Shown piece after piece: positions 24,972 through 36,799 of a stretch of DNA of 64,000 nt; the first letter of the stretch is position 1, and every line of letters starts with the position of its first letter. The stretch is from NCBI RefSeq assembly GCF_022045235.1, contig NW_027266343.1:56172001-56236000 (forward strand). Reading direction: 5' to 3'. The notes under the pieces were generated by a model that made no database searches, was not told where the DNA came from, and saw only the letters and a list, made by a program, of their open reading frames with translations. The DNA is from Haliotis cracherodii (Eukaryota). The position numbers were made by a program, and so were the translations under genes.

Positions 24972-26512
24972 GACTCACTTTGTCGTCGTCTTGGAAGAGA
25001 TGTGAAGTTTGTATGCAGTGTCACAACAAAAATACCAGCTGTTTTAACAATGCAATACCTTTTGCAATATTGCGGAAATCTTTTTAAACGTCCCAGGCAC
25101 GCTCCCATATTTTCTTATTTTTACTATTACTAGACATAGAGCTAAACATGGGTCCATGACTAAATGACATCCTATTCATACGCCAAAATCTCCAACATCG
25201 AGTCATATTTATCCCCCATCTGGACACTAAGATTATCTCCATTAAATGTTTAGTAGAATACAGTAATGTGTTTTCAGCTCAGCTCACGCCCTCAGCGATA
25301 TGTTAGACAACCTTCAGGAGTTCATATTACGATAATGCGATCACTTACAAATACTGCAATGTCAGCACAAATTGTTTCACCGTGTAAAACTTCGCAGTGT
25401 GCCCCAATTACGTTTCTTTGTTTGTCAAAAGGCCTACACTACTTGAAGATTTCCTCCCACGTCAAGCTAACATGCCGTGCCAACAAGTATCATCAGAAAA
25501 AACGAACTGCCTTTTTTGTCAAAATAGCAAGTATTATCAATAATTCTTACAGCAGAGTATGTAACATGTGATATAAAAGCACGATTTTCGGTGCATTTTG
25601 AAAACATGTCATTTGTACATTAGGAAGATACAAGTTAAGACAGTAGCACGAGCGGCCAAACATCCAGGACTTGCCTTTTGAACTTCAATACAAATGGATA
25701 TTTGATGAAACTGTATTGCATATTTGTACAGTCATCATCAGTAAAATCAAACGTNNNNNNNNNNNNNNNNNNNNNNNNNNNNNNNNNNNNNNNNNNNNNN
25801 NNNNNNNNNNNNNNNNNNNNNNNNNNNNNNNNNNNNNNNNNNNNNNNNNNNNNNNNNNNNNNNNNNNNNNNNNNNNNNNNNNNNNNNNNNNNNNNNNNNN
25901 NNNNNNNNNNNNNNNNNNNNNNNNNNNNNNNNNNNNNNNNTTAAGCTGATGCAGAAATCTAAGCTATGTGTCGCAGTTTATGTTTCATACTGCGCAGTTA
26001 AAAAACATTGCGTGGTGAGTAACCGTTATAGGTCATCTCTGCTAGTGTCTATTGTGCTCTATAATGGTTGAAAGTTAACAAAATATCTGATTTATATCTC
26101 AAGAAATATGTGCACGTGTTTGTATCATACCTTATGTAAGTTCAGGAATATGTACATCCTTCCTTGTGGACTATTCACAACAAATGATGTTTTCCACACA
26201 ACTCAAGTTATTAACATGTCCTGCCTTCAAAGATTTTTGACTTATAATGACCCTATTCCTCGATGTGAAGACATACAGATGGAGCTTTCAAAAGCAATAT
26301 ATATTCACCCAGTCCACTTGGAACTCATGAGTTCAACCAACGTTGATGTACGCCATATTCATAATTTGTAGTTTATGTTGTACATATATGAAGTAAACAG
26401 ATGAGGGAAATAAGGATCAATGTTACACATATTTTATTGAACTACTCTTGGTTCTACATTAATGGATAGCGATAACGCTAGAGTTGTATCTTCGGCTTGT
26501 GTAAGCAGACTC

Positions 26513-26961
26513 TCAGTAGTAACCGTACCCCATACCTGAAAGAGAACACATAATACACATGTAATTAAATAGGATAAAATCAAGATGTGTTCCTTTCATT
26601 TAACGTGGGTTCAATTAAATGTTCATCTATGTTAATGGATTGACGGCTTAACTTAAGTGTAACGCCAAACATGATATTAATCAGATAACCTACCAATTCC
26701 TTTGCCAAGTCCAATTCCTCCGTACAGTCCTCCCATTCCACCATACAGTCCTCCAAATCCTCCGTACAGTCCTCCCATTCCTGCGTACAGACCTCCCATG
26801 CCTCCGTATAGACCTCCCATGCCTCCGTACAGGCTTCCTATACCATAGCCGCCATAGCCAAGGCCACCAAGGCCTCCGTACATGCCCATTCCGTAGCCAA
26901 TGGGTTTGGCGTAGGTAGCAACAGCCAGACAGGCAACAAGGACGACGATGATCTTCATCAT
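26513..26961 (-). CDS. A1: secreted Gly/Tyr/Met/Leu-rich structural protein, 96 aa; coding exons 26961-26694 and 26535-26513
   Basis: Signal peptide MMKIIVVLVACLAVATYA, then GGLYGGM repeats. GTAGGT donor and TTTCAG acceptor give C-terminus GIGMGYGYY*. AATAAA at 26438-26433. Non-coding exon 1 at ~27779-27734 with a GTGAGT donor. Confidence 0.9.
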
Positions 26962-27114
26962 TTTAAATAGCTGTCATAAAGAAATATTTTGAATTAGCGA
27001 TACATTTAAACAACCAGGTTAATGTATTTGCAAGACGGTATTTCATCCATACAACCGATTACAAAGGTATTATCAATTCAAATTATTATATATGTATTTT
27101 GTTTCTACGTTATT

Positions 27115-27355
27115 ATTTTGTTGTTGTTGTTTAACGCCGCATTCAGCAATATTCCAGCTGTATGACGGCTGTCTGTAATAATGGAGTCTGGACCCGACAA
27201 TCCGGTGATTGACATCATGAGCATCGATCCACTCAATTGGGTAACAATGACTTGCATCAAACAAGTCATCAAGGCTGACCACCCGATCCCGTTAGTCGCC
27301 TCAAGCATACTCGCCTTTTACGGCAAGTGTATTCTGCTCCGGATCGTCACGGCGG
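27115..27355 (-). mobile_element. SINE/bipartite non-autonomous element in A-gene intron 1 (also ~33920-34160, ~40725-40965, ~48075-48315)
   Basis: Minus strand 'gaggcgactaacgggatcgggtggtcag...ctggaatattgctgaatgcggcgttaaacaacaacaac'. Absent from the shorter intron 1 of A6. Confidence 0.8.
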
Positions 27356-27778
27356 ATAATGCACATATACACTATTTGAATGACTGAGAGGGTAAACATT
27401 CACGTGATTCATATATTTATAATACATGTTAATTAATCAGTAATGATATATTGGAAGTTACGCTTGAATGTTTCTTCACATGATCTCCGAATATGGAACA
27501 TTTGGCGAATATCGAAGCCAAATGTTGTACGCGTGATGGTTCAGGATGTAATAACTGAAATCCTTGTTTCAAAAATATTATGTGAACTTTGGCGAACTTT
27601 TTGTTGACGAAAAGAGAGTTGACCGTTGTAAAAAAGTTTGCCGACCTAAACTTAAATCATGGTTGATGTCACCATATGGATAAGCAAGTGATATTACTAC
27701 AACATTTACACAGTGTCAAATACAGATACTCACATTTAGGTACACAGATCGACTATTGGCAAATGCAGGAAAGTTCAG

Positions 27779-28079
27779 TGATGAGGTCACTCACCACACT
27801 CACGTATATATATATACCTGGTGTATTATGTATTACCTGTGATTGATTAGCCTTGGAATGGCTACTTCCGGGTGGGATCAATGACAAACGTCAATTAACT
27901 CTTCCTGAACAAGTAAAGGCGACATAAAATTACCAATTAACATGTGTTTTATCCTTGGGGCTTAAATGTGAGTAGTATTGGGTAACTGTACAAGGAAGAG
28001 TGGACATTGAGCCAGCGGGGTTAGACATTCCCGCAATCCCCGGCCTATATAAGAACACAGAAAAAGGCCGTAATCACCA
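27779..28079. promoter_or_regulatory. Bidirectional promoter of the A1/B1 pair
   Basis: Opposed TATA boxes at 27805-27816 and 28046-28052, each ~30 bp from an Inr-like site. Conserved blocks TGATTGAT 27840, ACTTCCGGGT 27864, CATGTGTTTTATCC 27941, TGTACAAGGAAG 27987. Confidence 0.75.
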
Positions 28080-28341
28080 GTTTCGCACAGCTCCATAGTG
28101 ACAAAGGTTAGTTGACTTGAATTCACATGATTTGTTTAAATTAATGAAGTCGAATTTGTAAATGTATTAAAATGTCAATAAACGAAGGCAAATACTGTTA
28201 ATTACATTTCTACCTCATGAAATTTCAAATCTGTTCAAAGGTTATTTGTTTTACAATAATCGTATTTCAAATAGAATCACTTGATGGTATTAATGTAACG
28301 AAATTAAGAAAGTATATATTCTTTCATGGCAGCTACTGAAA

Positions 28342-29559
28342 ATGATGAAGATTATCGTCGTCCTTGTTGCCTTTCTGGCTGTTGCTGCCTACGCTAAACC
28401 CACTGGCTACGGTATTGGCATGTACGGAGGCCTTGGAGGCCTTGGTGGCCTTGGCTATGGTGGCTATGGAATGGGAGGCCTGTATGGAGGCATGGGAGGC
28501 TTTGGCTATGGTGGCCTGGGAGGTCTGTACGGAGGTATGGGTCTTTACGGAGGCTTGGGAGGCCTGTACGGCGGCATGTATGGAGGAAAATACGGTGGCA
28601 TGTACGGAGGAATTGGACTTGGCAAAGGCATTGGTACGTTTTCACTGTAATTTAATTATGTTACCATGACATTAAGAGACATGTATGGTTGCATGAACAT
28701 TTAATAGACTTGTGTCATTTTTGCATATTGATTTGCTAATTTCAGTAACATGTAATCTGTCTGTAGGTTTGGAGATGGGAGGTGAGGTGTAGGGAGTGGG
28801 GGTGGGGGTGGGGGTGGGGGTGGGGGTGGGGGTAGGGTGGGAAGGTGGGGAGGCCTGTATGGAGGAATAGGCCTTTATCGAGACTTGGGAGGCATGCATT
28901 GAGGCATGTGTGTGTGTTGATCTGATGATAGGTAAATTGTGAGGAATGATCCCACTGTATGGTGGAAGGGGATATGTGAAGGTAAGGGTCTTTCCTGCAT
29001 ATTGATTTGCTAAATTTGAGTAACATGTACAAAGAACATGTATGGCATGCTGGGGTAGTACAGTAACCATGTCACTGACTCTGGCCAGATACAAGTAATA
29101 TTTCTCTCTTTCTAATTTCGCCACAGTTCTATTTAAATATATGCATGTTAGTGAACAATTCAGCCATATAGTGACAATCCAATCTTTCAAGGCACTGTTA
29201 TGACACATTATTGATTAAATCACAGCCATCGATGTACGTCTGTCCTACGACAAGCACGAGGTACTTATAACTGGGAACTAATTTTGACCGGGAATCACCA
29301 TCGAATCGAAGGAAAAAGAAAGAAGGACCATGAGTTTTGTATTGTTCTTTTTAAACTTGATACCATACTTCACATTACGGGAGCAATCTACAATACAGGG
29401 CTGAACCTTCCTTGCTATCAACGTAGTTCTCCCAAGGCGAGTACATGATTTGTTTTGATTAATAGTTGCAATTAACACTATTGTTGGTTAGACAATTACA
29501 TACGCATCCCTTTATTTATATAGAATGTATATTTCACTTCAGGTATGGGATACTATTGA
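28342..29559 (+). CDS. B1: secreted Gly/Tyr/Met/Leu-rich structural protein, 102 aa; coding exons 28342-28633 and 29543-29559
   Basis: Signal peptide MMKIIVVLVAFLAVAAYA, GGLYGGM repeats. GTACGT donor and CTTCAG acceptor give C-terminus GIGMGYY*. AATAAA at 29657. Non-coding exon 1 at ~28078-28106. Confidence 0.9.
28791..28854 (+). repeat. (GGGGGT)n G-quadruplex-forming tract in B-gene intron 2 (also ~35590-35657, ~42344-42388, ~49768-49807)
   Basis: Runs of five G separated by single T; copy number differs between units. Confidence 0.85.
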
Positions 29560-29994
29560 GGTTGGTGAGACGGCGCCTCAGATCTGCAACAACTTCAGCG
29601 CTGATCAAACAAACCTCTCAATGCTTCACGGAAGACAAATACTTTCTTCTCGGATCAATAAAGGACATTTCTACAATGCTTATTATTTTGTTGTTAGTTT
29701 CCGTGTTCCAATCATATAATTGTGACCCTTAATTTGCCTTTTACGCCTAATATAATCTTTTTTCTGTGGATAATCGAGAATAATTATCATCTGGCGTTGA
29801 CGTATTATATGTCACCCAAATCACTCACTGTAAGTTGGAGGCCAAATTGCATATTGTTTGTCTTGATACTGTCCAGAAGTAAAGAAATACTTACTTCCTT
29901 ACCAAGTATCATATCGACACAAATTCTGATCAACGTTTACCATAAACATGTCACCCTTTGCTGTAACGCCTCACACCAACTGAAGACCCTGGTT

Positions 29995-32410
29995 TCCATA
30001 TATGGAATCAGGCCATGGTCACGCGTTGCTATCATCATACTCTCATTTGGCTCGTTTGGAGCATGCTATGGCAATCCCCTTCTTAGCTATATTTTAGGCA
30101 TGACATGAATTCAGATTTAAAAGACTTTGTATTGTGAATATACTGCTGTTCCCAAATATACCCGAAACCAAAGCTAAACAGGATATATTTACAATTCGAA
30201 ACCCAGTTGCTTTTGCCTTTATTAGATGCCTGTAACATCATATTATAACACTTTTGTGGATAACGGGTGTCAGGCATAGAAATAATTAGCGTCAGTCCGT
30301 AACTAATACATATTGTGTAAGCATAGATAGATACATGTAATGGATATCGGCCGCACTCTCCACTAACGATTTGGTTAGGGGTAGATATCTTGACATCAAG
30401 AAAGCGCTTACACGCCAACATATGTACAGTTTCCATTTCATCATTTTGATACAACGCCTATACCTCTGATCCATAAAGCAATACTGGGGTTATTTCAATG
30501 TTAAATATTCTCGACAACAGTTCATGGCCAAATTTATCTACTTTACATTATGACTTCAAATGCAAAATACAGCTTTTTTCTTTTGCAAAACTGCATTTTC
30601 GAAGCGTCAGGGCCACGGAAGAAATTTCTAGAAAACATAACGCCTAAGAATTTGTAAAAAGATACACACTTGAGTTTAGTCTCTTTGTAAAACCATTTCC
30701 TGACAAATGCCCCCACCCCTGCCTTCTTGAACACCAAGAACGTTGTATCCAAATTAACATCTTATCAAAGATCAATGTAATATTTCTCCAAAACATTCAT
30801 TGGTTTCTGCAATCCCTCGATACTATCTGCTATAATGATAATATCATTTGCGAATAGCAAAATGAAACAAATGCGTCAGATCAAGGTACAACTGGATACC
30901 TTTCCTCAATTTGGAATAATAATTAATAAAAATGGAAAATAAAAAGGGACTTCAAACGAAACANNNNNNNNNNNNNNNNNNNNNNNNNNNNNNNNNNNNN
31001 NNNNNNNNNNNNNNNNNNNNNNNNNNNNNNNNNNNNNNNNNNNNNNNNNNNNNNNNNNNNNNNNNNNNNNNNNNNNNNNNNNNNNNNNNNNNNNNNNNNN
31101 NNNNNNNNNNNNNNNNNNNNNNNNNNNNNNNNNNNNNNNNNNNNNNNNNNNNNNNNNNNNNNNNNNNNNNNNNNNNNNNNNNNNNNNNNNNNNNNNNNNN
31201 NNNNNNNNGTTTTTGGTGTCGTATCCCATACAGGTAGACATATATCAGTCTTTGGATCTAGGCCACGGCCGTCGTCCTAGGCTATAACAGACAACCCCTG
31301 GGTATCCCCTCTGTCGCTCTCACTTGGGCGAAGAGGCATTCGTCCCTCGGCCCCATGGTATCGGCGTTTCGGTGATCCCCGGCGTGTAGTAGTGAATTCT
31401 GAATTCATCATTTTCAAGGACATAGATGTCGCCATTTATCACTAGTTTTTCATAGGAGAGATAAGTTGCCTTATCGCTTTTACATGCATCCAGCACGTGA
31501 GGGATAAGCCCCGCCCTTATCTTTCTAACTCTCTCTTCTATGCCATTAACTATTCCTCTTCTTTATCAACAAGAGTTTCCAATTTGGATATTCTTTCTTC
31601 AAATTCAACGTTTTCCGACCTCAGCTTAAAAAAATAATGATTGTATCAAACTTTCTATTAAGTTTACCAATTCCCGATCTGATAAGTTTTATCCGTTCAG
31701 TGGCATCATCCTGGTAGTGGATTAGAATCGCTGTTCCTCGAGTTAACATCGTGCTGAAGTAGACTATCTAGTTGCCTTACTCCACTCTCTCTTATTTGCC
31801 ATAAAATGTTCCTCTTCTTTATCAACAAGAGTTTTCAATTTGGATATTCTTTCTTCAAGCTCAACGTGTTCCGACTTGAACTTAAAAAAATAATGATTGT
31901 ATCAAACTTTCTTTTAAGTTTACCAATGTCAGATCTCATAAGTTTTAAACGCTCAGTGTCATCTTCCTGGTTGTGATTAGAATCGTTTTTCCTCTTGTTA
32001 ACGTCGTGCTGAAGTAGACTATACAGTTGCCTTACTTCGGGCACCCCAACTGACACTTCCCCGACCCCGCGGGCCTTGGTTTAACTTCAATTCAGAACAT
32101 ACTTGTAGGAGTCATGGTATGACGAGCTCAAATATTGTTTTCTTATTATTTGATAAACAAATGGATGTTGTTACAATTTATCATAGTTTGTTATAGGAGA
32201 AATAAGCTGCCATATATATTCGTTTTCACGTGCATCCATCACGTGAGGCATAAGCCCCGCCCTTATCTTTCGAACTATCTCTTCTATGCCATTGATTGTT
32301 CCTCTTCTTTTTCAACAAGATATTCTTTCTTCAAGCTCAACGTTTTCCGACCTCAACTTAAAAAATAATGACTGTTTAAAATTTTCTTTTACGGTTACCA
32401 TTGCCCGATC
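29995..32410 (-). mobile_element. Rearranged L2/CR1-group LINE relic in the spacer of unit 1 (RT fragment plus duplicated ORF1 pieces)
   Basis: RT-like FILLFANDIIIIADSIEGLQ, YKFLGVMFS and ACKRFLDVKISTPNQIVSGECGRYPL. ORF1-like DKATYLSYEKLVING and coiled-coil pieces repeated about three times. Confidence 0.75.
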
Positions 32411-33282
32411 TGATGTTGTGACAATTTATCTTATTAAAGGAAATGGGTACAGCGTATTGCATTATGTTGGGCAAGGTACAAGTGTACATGTTCTCCATCT
32501 TATGTGTATACGTAAACTACGTGGCGTCCTATTCGTGCAAAAAATACAAATGGATATTAGATGGAACTGTATACTTGGACAGTCATCGCTTTAAAAATGA
32601 AATGTTAATCTACAGTTAATAGCTCAACAGCATATAAAATATAATGATGATTATTTACGTGTCATATGAATAATGTTTATGTTGTATCTTTCGCCTTACC
32701 AACGATCCCTTTTTTTATCGATGAAGAAATTTGTCATAGTTTATGATTCATGCTGCGCAATTAAATTGTAGAATAAAATGACCACACATCAACCCTTACA
32801 AGTCAACTCTCGCGAATGTTTTTTGAGCTATGTATTATAGTTAAAAGAATACAGGATATCTAATATATATCTCCTTAAATATGTTTTCGTGAGTTTTTAT
32901 CAGACCACATGTAAGTTCAGGAATACGTATATCCTTCCTTGCAGATTATTCACAAAAGATGTTTTCCACACAACTCAAGTTATTAACATATCCTGCCTTC
33001 AAGGATTTCTGTGTTATAATGGCCCTATACCTCGATGTGAAGACATACAGATGGACATTTAAAAAGTAATATTAATTCACCCAGTCCACTTGGAACTCAT
33101 GAGCTCAACCAACGTTGATGTACGCCATATTCATAATTTGTAGTTTATGTTGTACATATATGAAGTAAACAGATGAGGGAAATGTGGATCAATGTTACAC
33201 ATATTTTATTGAACTACTCTTGGTTCTACATAAATGCATTGCGATAAAGCTAGAGTTGTATCTTTGGCTTGTGTAAGAAGAC

Positions 33283-33764
33283 TCAGTAGTAACCGTACCC
33301 CATACCTGAAAGAGAACACATAATACACATGTAATTAAATAGGATAAAATCAAGATGTGTTCCTTTCATTTAACGTGGGTTCAATTAAATGTTAATCTAT
33401 GTTGATGGATTGACGGCTTAACTTGAGTGTAACGCCAAACATGATATTAATCAGATAACCTACCAATTCCTTTGCCAAGTCCAATTCCTCCGTACATTCC
33501 ACCGTACAGTCCTCCCATTCCACCATACAGTCCTCCAAATCCTCCGTACAGTCCTCCCATTCCTCCGTACAGACCTCCCATGCCTCCGTACAGACCTCCC
33601 ATGCCTCCGTACAGACCTCCCATGCCTCCGTACAGGCCTCCTATACCATAGCCGCCATAGCCATGGCCACCAAGGCCTCCGTACATGCCCATTCCGTAGC
33701 CAATGGGTTTGGCGTAGGTAGCAACAGCCAGACAGGCAACAAGGACGACGATGATCTTCATCAT
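33283..33764 (-). CDS. A2: secreted Gly/Tyr/Met/Leu-rich protein, 107 aa; coding exons 33764-33464 and 33305-33283
   Basis: Same signal peptide, splice sites and GMGYGYY* end as A1. Confidence 0.9.
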
Positions 33765-34559
33765 TTTAAATAGCTGTCATAAAGAAATATTTTGAATTAG
33801 CGATACATTTAAACAACCAGGTTAATGTATTTGCAAGACGGTATTTCATCCATACAACCGATTACAAAGGTATTATCAATTCAAATTATTATATATGTAT
33901 TTTGTTTCTACGTTATTATTTTGTTGTTGTTGTTTAACGGCGCATTCAGCAATATTCCAGCTGTATGACGGCTGTCTGTAATAATGGAGTCTGGACCCGA
34001 CAATCCAGTGATTGACATCATGAGCATCGATCCACTCAATTGGGTAACGATGACATGCATCAAACAAGTCATCAAGGCTGACCACCCGATCCCGTTAGTC
34101 GCCTCAAGCATACTCGCCTTTTACGGCAAGTGTATTCTGCTCCGGATCGTCACGGCGGATAATGCACATATACACTATTTGAATGACTGAGAGGGTAAAC
34201 ATTCACGTGATTCATATATTTATAATACATGTTCATTAATCAGTAATGATATATTGGAAGTTACACTTGAATGTGTTCACATTATCTCCGAATATGGAAC
34301 ATTTGGCGAATATCGAAGCCAAATGTTGTACGCGTGATGGTTCAGGATGTAATAACTGAAATCCATGTTTCAAAAATATTTTTGTTGACGAAAAGAGAGT
34401 TGACCGTTGTAAAAAAATTTGCCGACCTAAACTTAAATCATGGTTGATGTCACCATATGGATAAGCAAGTGATATTACTACAACATTTACACAGTGTCAA
34501 ATACAGATACTCACATTTAGGTACACAGATCGACGATTTGCAAACGCAGGAAAGTTCAG

Positions 34560-34857
34560 TGATGTGGTCACTCACCACACTCACGTATATATACACCTGG
34601 TGTTATGTATTACCTGTGATTGATTAGCCTTGGAATGGCTACTTCCGGGTGGGATCAATGACAAACGTCAATTAACTCTTCCGGAACAAGTAAAGGCGAC
34701 ATAAAATTACCAATTAACATGTGTTTTATCCTTGGGGCTTAAATGTGAGTAGTATTGGGTAACTGTACAAGGAAGAGTGGACATTGAGCCAGCGGGGTTA
34801 GACATTCCCGCAATCCCCGGTTAATATAAGAACACAGAAAAAGGCCGTAATCACCAG
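34560..34857. promoter_or_regulatory. Bidirectional promoter of A2/B2
   Basis: TATATATA at 34586-34593, TAATATAAG at ~34822-34830, and the same conserved internal blocks. Confidence 0.7.
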
Positions 34858-35118
34858 TTTCGCACAGCTCCATAGTGACAAAGGTTAGTTGACTTGAATT
34901 CACATGATTTGTTTAAATTAATGAAGTCGAATTTGTAAATGTATCAAAATGTCAATAAACGAAGGCAAATACTGTTAATTACATTTCTACCTCATGAAAT
35001 TTCAAATCTGTTCAAAGGTTATTTGTTTTACAATAATCATATTTCAAATAGAATCACTTGATGGTATTAATGTAACGAAATTAAGAAAGTATATATTCTT
35101 TCATGGCAGCTACTGAAA

Positions 35119-36363
35119 ATGATGAAGATTATCGTCGTCCTTGTTGCCTTTCTGGCTGTTGCTGCCTACGCTAAACCCACTGGCTACGGTATTGGCATGT
35201 ACGGAGGCCTTGGAGGCCTTGGTGGCCTTGGCTATGGTGGCTATGGAATGGGAGGCCTGTATGGAGGCATGGGAGGCTTTGGCTATGGTGGCCTGGGAGG
35301 TCTGTACGGAGGTATGGGTCTTTACGGAGGCTTGGGAGGCCTGTACGGAGGAATGGGAGGCCTGTACGGCGGCATGTATGTAGGAAAATACGGTGGCATG
35401 TACGGAGGAATTGGACTTGGCAAAGGAATTGGTACGTTTTCACTGTAATTTAATTATGTTACCATGACATTAAGAGACATGTATGGTTGCATGAACATTT
35501 AATAGACTTGTGTCATTTTTGCATATTGATTTGCTAATTTCAGTAACATGTAATCTGTCTGTAGGTTTGGAGATGGGAGGTGAGGTGTAGGGAGTGGGGG
35601 TGGGGGTGGGGGTGGGGGTGGGGGTGGGGGTAGGGGTAGGGTGGGAAGGTGGGGAGGCCTGTATGGAGGAATAGGCCTTTATCGAGACTTGGGAGGCATG
35701 CATTGAGGCATGTGTGTGTGTTGATCTGATGATAGGTAAATTGTGAGGAATGATCCCACTGTATGGTGGAAGGGGATATGTGAAGGTAAGGGTCTTTCCT
35801 GCATATTGATTTGCTAAATTTGAGTAACATGTACAAAGAACATGTATGGCATGCTGGGGTAGTACAGTAACCATGTCACTGACTCTGGCCAGATACAAGT
35901 AATATTTCTCTCTTTCTAATTTCGCCACAGTTCTATTTAAATATATGCATGTTAGTGAACAATTCAGCCATATAGTGACAATCCAATCTTTCAAGGCACT
36001 GTTATGACACATTATTGATTAAATCACATCCATCGATGTACGTCTGTCCTACGACAAGCACGAGGTACTTATAACTGGGAACTAATTTTGACCGGGAATC
36101 ACCATCGAATCGAAGGAAAAAGAAAGAAGGACCATGAGTTTTGTATTGTTCTTTTTAAACTTGATACCATACTTCACATTACGGGAGCAATCTACAATAC
36201 AGGGCTGAACCTTCCTTGCTATCAACGTAGTTCTCCCAAGGCGAGTACATGATTTGTTTTGATTAATAGTTGCAATTAACACTATTGTTGGTTAGACAAT
36301 TACATACGCATCCCTTTATTTATATAGAATGTATATTTCACTTCAGGTATGGGATACTATTGA
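35119..36363 (+). CDS. B2: secreted Gly/Tyr/Met/Leu-rich protein, 109 aa; coding exons 35119-35431 and 36347-36363
   Basis: Same structure as B1, with one extra 21-nt repeat. Confidence 0.9.
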
Positions 36364-36799
36364 GGTTGGTGAGACGGCGCCTCAGATCTGCAACAACTTC
36401 AGCGCTGATCAAACAAACCTCTCAATGCTTCACGGAAGACAAATACTTTCTTCTCGGATCAATAAAGGACAATTCTACAATGCTTATTATTTTGTTGTTA
36501 GTTTCCGTGTTCCAATCATATAATTGTGACCCTTAATTTGCCTTTTACGCCTAATATAATCTTTTTTATGTGGATAATCGAGAATAATTATCATCTGGCG
36601 TTGACGTATTATATGTCACCCAAATCACTCACTGTAAGTTGGAGGCCAAATTGCATATTGTTTGTCTTGATACTTTCCAGAAGTAGAGAAATACTTACTT
36701 CCTTACCAAGTATCATATCGACACAAATTCTGATCAACGTTTACCATAAACATGTCACCCTTTGCTGTAACGCCTCACACCAACTGAAGACCCTGGTTT

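Noticed and set aside
26677-26693. ORF-track C-termini such as GRLSD, GTFSL and GKLSVY...
   Set aside because: These are read-through into intron 2. A conserved GT donor follows GGAATTG/GGCATTG in every copy, with a matching terminal exon and poly(A) signal downstream.
28364-28669. Alternative-frame and antisense ORFs over the Gly-rich exons (MLPFWLL..., MAATENDED..., MKTYQ...)
   Set aside because: By-products of repetitive Gly codons. The upstream ATG of MAAT... lies in intron 1, before the acceptor AG.
28672-29208. Repeated 178-180 aa ORF with a PTPTPT tract
   Set aside because: Antisense to B intron 2. The PT run is the (GGGGGT)n tract, and the ORF is broken differently in units 3 and 4.
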